A stretch of DNA of 64,000 nt from Actinomycetota bacterium (lineage in GTDB: Bacteria; Actinomycetota; Thermoleophilia; Solirubrobacterales; 70-9), in the NCBI GenBank assembly GCA_046732465.1, contig JBKPND010000029.1:17123-81122 (forward strand), in the 5' to 3' direction. A model generated the notes under the pieces. The model was not told the DNA's origin and did not search any database. It saw only the letters and a program-made list of their open reading frames with translations. Positions 1-8,876 of the stretch are shown piece after piece; positions within the stretch are counted from its first letter, which is position 1; the number at the start of each line of letters is the position of its first letter. Both the position numbers and the translations under genes were made by a program.

Positions 1-98
1 ACCGGCGGTCCGTCCCCGGCAATCCGATAGATGACCCGGTGGCCGTGGAGCTCGATCTCCCACTCGTCGAACAGCAGCGCTGACGGGGGAGTCGTCAC
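1..98 (-). CDS. Partial CDS (5' end only, continues off the window); alpha/beta-hydrolase-like N-terminus
   Basis: Own translation of the minus strand from GTG at 98 gives VTTPPSALLFDEWEIELHGHRVIYRIAGDGPP. This resembles the N-terminal strand that precedes the HG motif of alpha/beta hydrolases, but it is too short to be sure. Confidence 0.3.
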   Translation of the reverse strand, partial: MTTPPSALLFDEWEIELHGHRVIYRIAGDGPP

Positions 99-395
99 CG
101 AATGGACCCTAGACGAAGACCGACCGCCTTCCTTGGCGGCCGGTCTCTCAAACAGGCCCCGTCAGGACGGGCAGGGGTACGTCTCGGGGGCCTTACTTGG
201 GGGGTATGTAGTGGAACCAGGCGACGGGAGGCGCCTTGCGGCAAACGCCTGGAACCTATGAGCCGAGAGGTGGTGTTGGGCGTCCGGCCCAGCACCAGTT
301 CTCCCGACGTCGCCAGTATCGATGCATGGTCGTTTTTAGGCAATACCAAAAACTGGGTTGATTGGCCGCATTGATACGTGGCGGCCAAGCTGGGC

Positions 396-1385
396 TCAGA
401 CGGGCGCCAATGCGGCCGAGAGGGCCGAGCCGTGGAGGATGTCCAGCTCCGAGACCTCGATCTCCTTGACCTTGAAGGCCCGCATCACCTGCACCAGGAT
501 GACCGTGCCGGCGACGATGGTCGGGGCGCGACCGGGATGGAGGCCCGGTACCCGCAGGCGCTCCGCGAGCGGCAGCGAGGAGAGCCGGCTCAGCATCCGC
601 TGGATCCGCGGCATGCCCAGCCGGTAGCCGTGCACCCGTCCCGGGTCGTAGGGCTCGAGCTCCTGGTCGATCGCGGCGAGTGACGTCGGAGTCCCGGCGA
701 CTGCGATCGCCCTTACCGCCTTGGCCTGGGGCGCGGCGGCGATCGCCCCGTCGATCTGGTTGCGGATGTCGGCGGCGAGATCCTCGAGCTCGTGCGGGTC
801 CGGTGGGTCGGTCGTCAGGTGTCGCTCCGATTGCCGGATCGTGCCGGCCTGCAACGAGGTGTGGAAGCCGACTTGGGCGCCTGAGCCGACGATCAGCTCG
901 GTGGAGCCGCCGCCGATGTCGAAGACGAGCGTCGAGCTCTCGGCCGGCCGGTGAGCGGTGGCTCCGAGATAGGTCAGGTTGGCCTCCTCCTCGCCGGTCA
1001 GCAGGCGCGCGTCGAGCGCGAAGCGCTCACGCAGCTCGGCGATGAACGCCTCGCCGTTGACGGCGTCTCGGACGGCGCTCGTCGCGATCGCCATCACGCG
1101 GTCCGCTCCCATCTCCTCGTAGCGCGACTTGTAGTCGGCGATCACGGTGCAGACGTCGTCGACGGCGTCCGTGCAGATCATCCCGCTGTGGTCGACGCCC
1201 CGACCCATGTTGGTGACCGTGGTGCGCCTTTCGACCTCGACGACGCCGGTTCCCTCGACGTCCCCGATCAGCAACCTGGTGGAGTTGGTGCCGATATCGA
1301 CTACGGCGACCCGCACAGCGGCATCCAATCCCTCCGATCCCCGATCACGGCGGCCAATCCTAGCTCTGTGAGGGGCGTTGCGCAT
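396..1385 (-). CDS. ppx: Ppx/GppA-family exopolyphosphatase / guanosine pentaphosphate phosphohydrolase
   Basis: The ORF contains VAVVDIGTNSTRLLI, DIGGGSTE and later sugar-kinase/ASKHA-fold motifs typical of Ppx/GppA. An alternative GTG start at 1316 (VRVAVVDIG) is possible. Confidence 0.85.
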   Translation of the reverse strand: MRNAPHRARIGRRDRGSEGLDAAVRVAVVDIGTNSTRLLIGDVEGTGVVEVERRTTVTNMGRGVDHSGMICTDAVDDVCTVIADYKSRYEEMGADRVMAIATSAVRDAVNGEAFIAELRERFALDARLLTGEEEANLTYLGATAHRPAESSTLVFDIGGGSTELIVGSGAQVGFHTSLQAGTIRQSERHLTTDPPDPHELEDLAADIRNQIDGAIAAAPQAKAVRAIAVAGTPTSLAAIDQELEPYDPGRVHGYRLGMPRIQRMLSRLSSLPLAERLRVPGLHPGRAPTIVAGTVILVQVMRAFKVKEIEVSELDILHGSALSAALAPV

Positions 1386-1435
1386 GCTCTCTCCCTTGCG
1401 AATTCATTCGTGAGCGAGCTAAAATCGTCGGACCG

Positions 1436-1510
<75 letters not shown>

Positions 1511-1513
1511 CTA

Positions 1514-1543
1514 GCCAAGGGCCCTCTGAAAAGAGGGCCCTTG
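1514..1543 (+). terminator. Stem-loop terminator of the tRNA (founder copy of the GGGCCC hairpin family)
   Basis: A 12-bp perfect stem, CCAAGGGCCCTC / GAGGGCCCTTGG, has loop TGAAAA and is followed by TGTTTCC. Confidence 0.7.
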
Positions 1544-1686
1544 GTGTTTCCGGGCAGGGTTTCTTGACGGGCCCGGCAGCAGGCTCGCGTGTCGCCGCGC
1601 AGTCGATTTCACATCCGGATCGCCGTTCGTATCCTCGCTCTGCTGCTGTATCAGCCGATTGGCGAGTCCACCTAAACGCATCGCAC

Positions 1687-2157
1687 TCAGGTGACTTCAT
1701 AGAGACGGGCGGTCTTCACGTCGTAGACGAAACCCCGCACCTCATCCGTCCTGGGGATGAAGGGACTGTCCTCGATCCGGTGGATGGAGTCGCGGACGTC
1801 ATCTTCTAGGTCCGGGAATGATCGTGGGCGCCACTCCGGGCGCCGGCCAGTTTCCTTCTCGAGCGTCTGCTCGAACTCCGTGTCGCTGAAGGTGAGCATT
1901 CCGCAGTCGGTGTGATGGAGGAGCATGATCTCCTCCGTTCCGAGGAGGTGCTGGGAGATCGCCAGGGAGCGGATCTCGTCATCAGTGATCACGCCCCCCG
2001 CGTTGCGGATTACGTGGGCATCCCCGATCGACAGCCCGAGGATCGGATACGGATTAAGCCGCGCGTCCATGCAGGCAACGATCGCGACCTTCTTGGCGGG
2101 CGGCAGCGGCAGGTCGCCCTTATCGAAGCCCTCGGCAAAGGTCTCGTTTTTCTTCAC
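1687..2157 (-). CDS. Beta-class carbonic anhydrase
   Basis: The ORF carries VACMDARL, HVIRNAGG and HHTDCGM, the Cys-Asp-Arg / His-x-x-Cys zinc-ligand pattern of beta-CAs. Confidence 0.85.
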   Translation of the reverse strand: MKKNETFAEGFDKGDLPLPPAKKVAIVACMDARLNPYPILGLSIGDAHVIRNAGGVITDDEIRSLAISQHLLGTEEIMLLHHTDCGMLTFSDTEFEQTLEKETGRRPEWRPRSFPDLEDDVRDSIHRIEDSPFIPRTDEVRGFVYDVKTARLYEVT

Positions 2158-2289
2158 GAATTCGTCGATGGGCGCTCATCTGGGTCCCCTTCGGATTGGT
2201 TCCTTCAAGGATGTGAAGGGGGATTAAGTTGGTAGCAAGGTCACGCATCGCAACGCAGAAGGTCCCCACGCGGGCGCTGGGCAGGAGGA

Positions 2290-2513
2290 TGCCCAATACT
2301 CAGAGGTCTTCGCATCGGAGTGCACAAACGGGGAAGGGGTCCCGGTGACACCGCCTCGCTGCCCTACTTCACGGTTGCCGACCTCCGGCCACGCTTCACC
2401 TCGTCCGGGAGCTCGGCGGTTCGGTGATCCACCCCGGCGAGCGTTGGGCCGTGTGCCGTGACTCCGAGGGCAGCCCATTCGCCCTCGCGGCGAGCCCGAC
2501 GGACGCTCCGTAG
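2290..2513 (+). pseudogene. VOC/glyoxalase-family remnant with a frameshift
   Basis: Own translation gives ..GLRIGVH..PYFTVADL in one frame. The sequence then continues as VRELGGSVIHPGERWAVCRDSEGSPFALAASPTDAP* in another frame, with stop TAG at 2511-2513. No intact ORF is present. Confidence 0.5.
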
Positions 2514-2631
2514 GCAGGCTTGGGCGGGCGCGCTCACCCGAGCACTCAGCGCAGCAACGCAAACGGACGCCCTTAGGCCCAGGAATTAGCCTAAGTGGAG
2601 GACACAGTCTCGAGCCATCCGGTATCGCACG

Positions 2632-3453
2632 ATGCCCTTTCTCCAAGTCAATGGAACTCGGCTCCACTACGAGCGCGCTGGCGACGGGAACCCGCTCGTC
2701 CTAGTGCACGGGTCCTGGGTCGACTGTCGAGTGTGGGAGGCCGTATTGCCCTCACTCATTCGGTCCTTCGACGTCGTCGTCTACGACCGCCGTGGCCACA
2801 GCCGAAGCTCTTGCCCACCGGGACAGGGAAGCGTCCGGGACGACGTCGATGACCTCGGTGCCCTGATCGATCTCCTCGGGCTGACTCCGGCTCATGTCGC
2901 CGGCGCCTCGTGGGGAGGCTCGATCACACTGCGCCTTGCCGCCGCGCACCCCGAGCTCCTGCGTAGCGTGGTGGTTCATGAGCCGCCGTTTTTCGATCTG
3001 CTAAGTGACGAGGCCGCGGACTGGCCCCAGCTGGCCGAGCTCCGTGCGCGGCTCGCAGCCGTCGCGACCCGTCTCGAGTTAGGCGATTTGGAGGGCGCGG
3101 CCGGGTACTACTGCGATCGGGTGGCCATGACGAACGGCGGCTGGGCGGGCCTCGACGGTGGGCAGCGGCGCACGCTCCTGGCCAACGCCTTGACGTATCT
3201 CGATCAATGCCGCGATCCCGAGGCGCTGGACATCGAGCTCGAATGCCTGGCCGCATTCGGGGGGCCGGCCCTCATCACCTATGGAGACATCAGGCCGCCT
3301 TTGTTCAAGCGCATCGTCGAGTTGATTGTCGCCGTCATGCCCGGGGCTAGAGCTCAATTGATCCCCGGCACCGCGCATGACCCCCAGGTCACGCACCCCG
3401 ACTCCTATGCGCGAGCGCTTGAGGACTCCGCGGCTGTCGGGGCTCAGCCATAA
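2632..3453 (+). CDS. Alpha/beta hydrolase
   Basis: The N-terminus reads VNGTRLHYERAGDGNPLVLVHGS. A nucleophile elbow GASWGG and a C-terminal GTAHDP are present. Confidence 0.85.
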   Translation: MPFLQVNGTRLHYERAGDGNPLVLVHGSWVDCRVWEAVLPSLIRSFDVVVYDRRGHSRSSCPPGQGSVRDDVDDLGALIDLLGLTPAHVAGASWGGSITLRLAAAHPELLRSVVVHEPPFFDLLSDEAADWPQLAELRARLAAVATRLELGDLEGAAGYYCDRVAMTNGGWAGLDGGQRRTLLANALTYLDQCRDPEALDIELECLAAFGGPALITYGDIRPPLFKRIVELIVAVMPGARAQLIPGTAHDPQVTHPDSYARALEDSAAVGAQP

Positions 3454-3560
3454 TCGAGCGCCAGCCCCAGGGGCGCCAAGCGATCGCCACGGCCCTTGTG
3501 ACTCGACAATCGGAAACGCCCTATCTATCCAAGCGGCGTTGGCGAGAATCCGGGTGTCGA

Positions 3561-4325
3561 ATGACCTCATGCGACCAGCCGTGCGTCTTGATCACGATTC
3601 CGATCAGCCATTACTGCGAAAAGGCTCGCTGGGCGCTAGATCGCGCGGGCGTCAGGTACCGAGAGCAGGCGCACCTGCAGCTCATTCACTGGCTTGCTGT
3701 GCGTCGAGCAATGGGTGGTACGACCGTCCCGGTGCTCGTGTGCGGCGATCGAGTGCTGGCCGACTCGACCGACATCGTTGACGAAGCCGACGCGAACACC
3801 CCGCCGGGCCGGCGGTTGTACCCGGACGATCCATGCGCCGCCGCAGAGGTTCGAGCGCTGCAACGCGACTTTGACACAAACCTGGGACCCCACGGACGAA
3901 GGTGGATGTACAACGAAATGCGCGGACGTCGCGATCTCGCGATCGCCTACGGGTGTACTGGCGTCCCCATATGGGAGCGCCGGGCGCTAACGCTGGCCTA
4001 TCCGGCGTTCACACGGGTGATCGATCGCTTCCTCGACATCACGGCGACTACGGCGGCGCAGTCCGAGGTCCAAGTGCGGATGGTCTTCGACACCGTTGCA
4101 AAGCGGCTGAGCGACGACCGGCCATATCTCTGCGGCGATCGGTTCACAGCCGCCGACCTGACGTTCGCCGCCTTGGCGGCATCTGTCTTGATGCCGCCCG
4201 AGTACGGGGTGCCCCTGCCGCAGCCCGAGGAGCTGCCGGTGGCAATGGCGGCGGTCGTGCGGGAGTTTCGCGCGCACCCCGCGGGCGCGCACGCGCTCGC
4301 GATGTTCCGCGACGAACGGCGCTGA
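3561..4325 (+). CDS. Glutathione S-transferase-like protein
   Basis: An N-terminal thioredoxin-like segment (LITIPISHYCEKARWALDRAGV) is followed by a helical C-terminal domain. The start is uncertain, with GTG at 3498 as an alternative. Confidence 0.6.
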   Translation: MTSCDQPCVLITIPISHYCEKARWALDRAGVRYREQAHLQLIHWLAVRRAMGGTTVPVLVCGDRVLADSTDIVDEADANTPPGRRLYPDDPCAAAEVRALQRDFDTNLGPHGRRWMYNEMRGRRDLAIAYGCTGVPIWERRALTLAYPAFTRVIDRFLDITATTAAQSEVQVRMVFDTVAKRLSDDRPYLCGDRFTAADLTFAALAASVLMPPEYGVPLPQPEELPVAMAAVVREFRAHPAGAHALAMFRDERR

Positions 4326-4466
4326 AGAGAAGCGGGTCCACCCATGCTTCGGACGCCGACGGAAGCCCGATTGCGCCCACGGCTGGCGGCTTCGTAGGTC
4401 GAAGCGTTCTTTCCAGGCGAAGTGCAGCTTCTCGTCCAAGGCGGCGGTCTCCCGCGAGGCACGGGA

Positions 4467-4570
4467 GGTACCAGCGGTGGTACCGAACTGAGAGAAGGTG
4501 AGCTGATCTCAGCTCATCTCAGCGTGCCCGGCATCGCTCAGCATGAGCCCATTGAACGGCTTCAAGGCTC
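4467..4570 (+). repeat. 104-nt conserved arm, copy 1, directly 5' of the partial tRNA-fMet copy
   Basis: It aligns without gaps to 8090-8193 with about 10 mismatches counted by eye. It contains hairpins GGTACCA-GCGG-TGGTACC (4467-4484) and GAGCTGA-TC-TCAGCTC (4500-4515). Confidence 0.8.
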
Positions 4571-4650
<80 letters not shown>

Positions 4651-4668
4651 GGCGTGTCCTCGAGGTCC

Positions 4669-4716
4669 CTCGGCTGGGGGCCGAAAAGGTCGCTGGTTCA
4701 AATCCAGTCGCCCCGA
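4669..4716 (+). repeat. tRNA-Pro(GGG)-like 3' fragment (anticodon arm to discriminator), no 5' half
   Basis: CTCGG-CTGGGGG-CCGAA AAGGTC GCTGG-TTCAAAT-CCAGT CGCCCCG-A. The acceptor 3' strand would pair with CGGGGCG, which is typical of tRNA-Pro, but no D arm or 5' acceptor strand lies upstream. Confidence 0.6.
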
Positions 4717-4731
4717 CTTTAGGCTTTGCCC

Positions 4732-6078
4732 ATGAGACCTGAGGTGCGGTACGCAAGGAATGGTGAGGTCGCCATCGCGTACGCAGTGGTCGGCACGGGT
4801 CCAGACGATCTCGTTTACGTCTCGCCCTACAACAACCTGGACATTGTCTGGGAGAACCCGCTCTACGAGCGCTTCCTGCGCAGGCTCTCCTCGCTCGCGA
4901 GGCTGATTGTGATCGACCGGCGCGGGACCGGGGTCTCCGACCGTTACTCCCCGGATGATCTCCCGCCGCTGGAGGACCTCGTCGACGATCTCGGCGCCGT
5001 GCTCGAGGACGCGGAGTCGGAGCGTGCCATTCTGTTCGGCTTCTCGGATGCGGGCGCGCTCTGTGCGATGTTCGCCGCCGCCCGTCCCGAGCGCGCCTTG
5101 GGACTGGTGCTGTACTCGACCGCCGCGCGGGGCACCCGGGCGCCCGATTATCCCTGGCAATGGTCAGAACGGGAGTGGCAGGACTATCTCGCGGGGGTAA
5201 AGGCCGGTTGGGGAACCCAGGAATATGCGGTGCAGTCGCTGGCCTTCAACAACCCGAGCCTCGCGCACGATGAGCGACAGGTGGCATGGTGGGGCCGCTT
5301 CCAGCGCCTGTCTGCGAGCCCGAGCGCTCTATATGCGCAGGAGCAAGTCTTCCGCGAGCTGGACATTCGGGGGGTGCTGCCCGCGATCAACGTTCCGACC
5401 CTCGTGTTGCATCGAACTGGGGACATGGTCGAGCCGGTCGGCGCAGGCCGTTACCTGGCGCGCGAGATTGCCAGCGCCGAATACTTCGAGCTGCCCGGGG
5501 CGGACCACTTTCCGTGGGCCGGGGACCAAGATTCCCTGATCGCCGAGGTCGAGCGCTTCGTCGACATGGTCAGCCGCGAGGAGCACGAAACCTTCGATCG
5601 CATCCTCGCGACGATCGTGTTCACCGACATCGTCAACTCGACTGGGCAGGCCGCCGCAATGGGCGACCGTCGATGGCGGGTGGTTCGCGAGGAACACGAC
5701 CGGGTGACGCGCGCTCAGCTGGCTCGCTTCCGCGGTCGTGAAGTCGAAAGCCTGGGCGACGGGTATCTCGCGGTCTTCGACGGCCCCGCCCGCGCAGTCC
5801 GCTGCGCCCGGGCGATCTGCAGGTCGATGAGCCGGCACGGGGTTGAGCTTCGGGCAGGGCTGCACACCGGCGAGGTCGAGCCGCATGGCGAGGGCTACTC
5901 GGGACTCGCGGTGACCATCGGATCACGGGTTGCAGACCTGGCTGGACCCGGAGAGGTTCTCGTCTCCTCCACGGTGAAGGATCTGGTTGTCGGGTCGGCC
6001 CTCTCCTTCGAGGATCGCGGGATGCACAACCTGAAGGGCGTGCCTGACGCCTGGCACCTCTACGCGGTGGCGAACTGA
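4732..6078 (+). CDS. Alpha/beta-hydrolase / class III adenylate-guanylate cyclase fusion (LipJ-like architecture)
   Basis: The N-terminal half starts VRYARNGEVAIAY and contains GFSDAG. The C-terminal half reads TIVFTDIVNSTGQAAAMGD..GDGYLAVFDGPARAVRCA..GLHTGEVE. Confidence 0.85.
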   Translation: MRPEVRYARNGEVAIAYAVVGTGPDDLVYVSPYNNLDIVWENPLYERFLRRLSSLARLIVIDRRGTGVSDRYSPDDLPPLEDLVDDLGAVLEDAESERAILFGFSDAGALCAMFAAARPERALGLVLYSTAARGTRAPDYPWQWSEREWQDYLAGVKAGWGTQEYAVQSLAFNNPSLAHDERQVAWWGRFQRLSASPSALYAQEQVFRELDIRGVLPAINVPTLVLHRTGDMVEPVGAGRYLAREIASAEYFELPGADHFPWAGDQDSLIAEVERFVDMVSREEHETFDRILATIVFTDIVNSTGQAAAMGDRRWRVVREEHDRVTRAQLARFRGREVESLGDGYLAVFDGPARAVRCARAICRSMSRHGVELRAGLHTGEVEPHGEGYSGLAVTIGSRVADLAGPGEVLVSSTVKDLVVGSALSFEDRGMHNLKGVPDAWHLYAVAN

Positions 6079-6102
6079 GGTCGGGGGTCACGCCGCTGTT
6101 TG

Positions 6103-6181
6103 TCGGCTGGGAGCCGAGGGGTCGCGGGTTCGAATCCCGTCTCGCCACTAGCCAAGGGCCCTCTGAAAAGAAGGCCCTTGG
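6103..6181 (+). repeat. Second tRNA-Pro(GGG)-like 3' fragment fused to a GGGCCC hairpin (copy C)
   Basis: TCGG-CTGGGAG-CCGA GGGGTC GCGGG-TTCGAAT-CCCGT CTCGCC-A is followed by CTAGCC and the hairpin at 6152-6181, which has one stem mismatch. It is a direct repeat of 4669-4716. Confidence 0.6.
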
Positions 6182-6190
6182 TGTGCTGGG

Positions 6191-7993
6191 CTAGAACAGC
6201 ATCGTCAGCTCGTTGACCCCCGCGGACGTCCTCGAGCTGAGCGAGTAGTCGCCGTTCTCAAAGATCCGCATCATCGGCGAGTTGCCAAGCATTACGTCGG
6301 CGGTCAGGCCTCGTGCGCCGTGCTGGCGGGCGTACTCGACAAGTCCCCGATGGAGGATTCCCCCGAGGCCAGCGCCCTGCCACTCGGGGTCGACCATATA
6401 CGCCACCTCTGCCAGCCCCGTAGCCGGGCTGAGGTAGTAACAGCTCGCCGCGACGATCCTTTCGTGCGCCGACGGCCCGACGACCGCGGCGAACGCCATC
6501 TCCTCTTCGTAGTCGACGCTGCACAGATACTGGGCCATCGTGTCGGTGAGCGAGGCCAGCTTCTGAAGGAACCTGGTTTCGACGTCCTCCTCGCTGAGCC
6601 GATGGAAGAGCTCCTGCATCGCGGCCGCGTCGCTCGTGCGCGTCGGGCGCAGCAGCACCGAGCGACCGTCGCGCAGCTGCACATCGCGGATCGCGTCCTC
6701 CGGGTAAGCAGTGCGGCTGTGCAGCTGCTGTCGCTCCCCGACGAGCCCCCGCTGGATGGCCGCGTCCAGCAACTCGTCTCTTTCGACGGGATGCGCGATC
6801 TCGATCAGGGCGACGGCTCGCTCGGACAGCGAGCGGCCAAACAAATACGCGGTGCCGTACTCAGTGATGACCCAGTGGACGTCGGCGCGGGGGATCGCAA
6901 CGGCCTCACAGGGGTCGAGCTCGGCGGTGATCGCGGATCGACCTGCCGGCGTGCGCGAGGTCAGGCAGATGATCGCGGTTCCGCCGGGCGAGGCGAGCGC
7001 GCCGCGGTGGAACGCCGGCCCGGTTGACACCCCCCCGTAGAGCTCACCGTCGAGACTTTCGGTGGACACCTGACCCGTGAGGTCGATCGTGAACGCCTGC
7101 GTGATCGACACCATGCGCTCGTTGCTCGCGATCACCGTCGGATCGCAGATCTCCTCGATCGGACGAAAGGCGAACCTGGGGTTGTCGTCGACTAGGTCGT
7201 AGAGGCGCTTAGTGCCCATCGCCCAGCTGGTCGAGACCGGGCCCGTGACGACGCCGCCATCGACCAGGTCGACGAGCGGCTCCGTGATCACGTCCGAGTG
7301 GATGGCCAGCTCGCGCCGGTTTGCCAGGTGAGCGAGCATCTCGTTCGGTACGCGGCCAACGCCGATCTGGAGGGTGGATCCGTGATCGATGAGGCGGGCG
7401 GCGTAGCGGGCGATCTGCTCGGCGACCTGCCCAACGGGGGGATGCAGGTATTCGATCACCGGCGTCTCGACCGGCACGAAGCTCGCGATGCGGTCGACCG
7501 GGATCAGGCTGTCGCCGGCGGTGCGCGGCATGTCCGGGTTGACCTCCGCTATGACGGTGTCCGCGGCCATGGCCGCGGCCTTTGTCACGTCAACGGAGAC
7601 GCCCAGGCTGCAGGTGCCGTCCGCATCGGGTGGCGCGACTTGCACCATCGCGACGTCCAGCCGCATCTGTCCAGTCTCGAAGAGGCGCGGGACGTCGGCG
7701 ACCGAGAGCGGCAGGTACTCCACCTGTCGCATCGGCCCCTGCAGCGCGCGCATATCGCGGCCCACGTAGAAGACGCGATGCCGATAGTTCGTCTTCGGGG
7801 GCTGGTCGGTCCCGAACCGGTCGGTGAGGAAATGCACCAGCGTGACCCCTGGTCTGTTGAGCTCCTCGAGGGTCTGCACCAGGCTGCGCGGAGTGGCGCA
7901 CGCGGTGCCGATGAACACCTTGTCCCCAGGCCGGACGACGGAGACGGCCTCTGCGGCCGAAACCTGGCGGTCATGCCAATCGGATGGGGGCAT
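6191..7993 (-). CDS. Acetyl-CoA hydrolase/transferase-family domain fused to a C-terminal GNAT acetyltransferase
   Basis: The N-terminal ~420 aa resemble CoA-transferases (VFIGTACATPRSL, GVGRVPNE). The C-terminal ~170 aa are GNAT-like (WQGAGLGGILHRGLVEYAR). The start is moved to ATG 7993 because the ORF-track extension to 8188 reads through the repeat arm. Confidence 0.75.
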   Translation of the reverse strand: MPPSDWHDRQVSAAEAVSVVRPGDKVFIGTACATPRSLVQTLEELNRPGVTLVHFLTDRFGTDQPPKTNYRHRVFYVGRDMRALQGPMRQVEYLPLSVADVPRLFETGQMRLDVAMVQVAPPDADGTCSLGVSVDVTKAAAMAADTVIAEVNPDMPRTAGDSLIPVDRIASFVPVETPVIEYLHPPVGQVAEQIARYAARLIDHGSTLQIGVGRVPNEMLAHLANRRELAIHSDVITEPLVDLVDGGVVTGPVSTSWAMGTKRLYDLVDDNPRFAFRPIEEICDPTVIASNERMVSITQAFTIDLTGQVSTESLDGELYGGVSTGPAFHRGALASPGGTAIICLTSRTPAGRSAITAELDPCEAVAIPRADVHWVITEYGTAYLFGRSLSERAVALIEIAHPVERDELLDAAIQRGLVGERQQLHSRTAYPEDAIRDVQLRDGRSVLLRPTRTSDAAAMQELFHRLSEEDVETRFLQKLASLTDTMAQYLCSVDYEEEMAFAAVVGPSAHERIVAASCYYLSPATGLAEVAYMVDPEWQGAGLGGILHRGLVEYARQHGARGLTADVMLGNSPMMRIFENGDYSLSSRTSAGVNELTMLF

Positions 7994-8089
7994 CGGGCTC
8001 GTGCCGTCGAGAGTCTTCGGAACGATCGTAGAGCTCAGATGTTCTTCATGTAGCCACCGGGTATGAACGAGCCGACATTGGCCTCCGGT

Positions 8090-8193
8090 GGTACCAGCCG
8101 TGGTACCGAACTGAGAGAAACTGAGCTGATGTCGGCTCATCTCAGCGTGCCTGGCGTCGCTCAGCATGAGCCCACCGAACGGCTTCAAGGCTT
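8090..8193 (+). repeat. 104-nt conserved arm, copy 2
   Basis: See 4467-4570. The hairpins are retained at 8090-8107 and 8123-8138. The second hairpin carries an A-to-G change that keeps pairing as a U-G wobble. Confidence 0.8.
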
Positions 8194-8277
<84 letters not shown>

Positions 8278-8357
8278 AAAGCCCTGGGGAACCCAGGGCT
8301 ACCGCCCGGCCTCGCTTAGGACACGTGCGGGGTGGGTTGCGGGTTACGCGGTCCGCG

Positions 8358-8876
8358 ATGCAGGGAAGGACCGACCCACACGTGAGCAGTGACAAGCTCC
8401 TATCGATCTATCTCAATGATCATCTCGCAGGCGCGACACTCGGAGTCGAGCTGGCCGGACGCAGCCGCGCCAGCAACGAGGGCACTCCTTTGGGTGACTT
8501 TCTCGACCGTCTCTTGCGCGAGATCGAGACGGACCGCGAGACGCTGAAAAGGCTGATGCGGGAACTGGGGATTCAACCCGATCGGGTCAAGGCTTACGGG
8601 GCCTGGACGCTGGAAAAGCTCGGGCGCTTGAAGCTGAACGGCCAGTTCAAGGGCTACTCGCCACTGAGCCGCCTGATCGAGCTCGAGAGCCTGTATCTCG
8701 GGATCACCGGAAAGCAAGAGATGTGGATCACTCTGCAGCGCACGCTGACCAACCAGGTACCGGGGGTTGACTTTGGAGAGCTGCAGCGCAGGGCGGAACG
8801 CCAGGCGGCGGAAGTTGAGGAGCACCGCGTCGAGGCTGCGGAGGCGGCGTTGGCGTCGCCGGGGCAGGGCGAGTAG
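8358..8876 (+). CDS. Hypothetical protein (helical)
   Basis: The ORF has plausible composition (LSIYLNDHLAGATLGVELAGR..). The start is set at the first ATG after the repeat. I do not recognise a family. Confidence 0.5.
   Translation: MQGRTDPHVSSDKLLSIYLNDHLAGATLGVELAGRSRASNEGTPLGDFLDRLLREIETDRETLKRLMRELGIQPDRVKAYGAWTLEKLGRLKLNGQFKGYSPLSRLIELESLYLGITGKQEMWITLQRTLTNQVPGVDFGELQRRAERQAAEVEEHRVEAAEAALASPGQGE

Noticed and set aside
99-395. The 300-nt intergenic region downstream of ppx, which has a lower-GC patch and short GC stems, might hold a riboswitch or sRNA.
   Set aside because: I could not match it to any RNA family I know (SAM, B12, TPP, glycine, 6S, SRP). Only short 4 to 5-bp stems are present. 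I leave it unassigned.
2224-2667. A 147-aa minus-strand ORF in the carbonic anhydrase / hydrolase gap.
   Set aside because: Its composition is junk-like. The plus strand of the same region gives a recognisable, frameshifted VOC-family translation instead.
6069-6147. Possible complete tRNA genes around the tRNA-Pro-like fragments (also 4650-4716) and around copies B and D of the tRNA-fMet half.
   Set aside because: No sequence upstream can pair with the acceptor 3' strand over 7 bp, and no D arm is present. Identity to the real tRNA starts only in the anticodon loop. I treat them as fragments, though tRNAscan-SE should confirm this.
7994-8188. An N-terminal extension of the CoA-transferase/GNAT ORF (MKPFGGLMLSDARHAEMSRHQLSFSQFGTTAGTT..).
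   Set aside because: The extension is encoded by the 104-nt repeat arm, whose other copy at 4467-4570 is read in a different frame. Homology to the family begins after ATG 7993.
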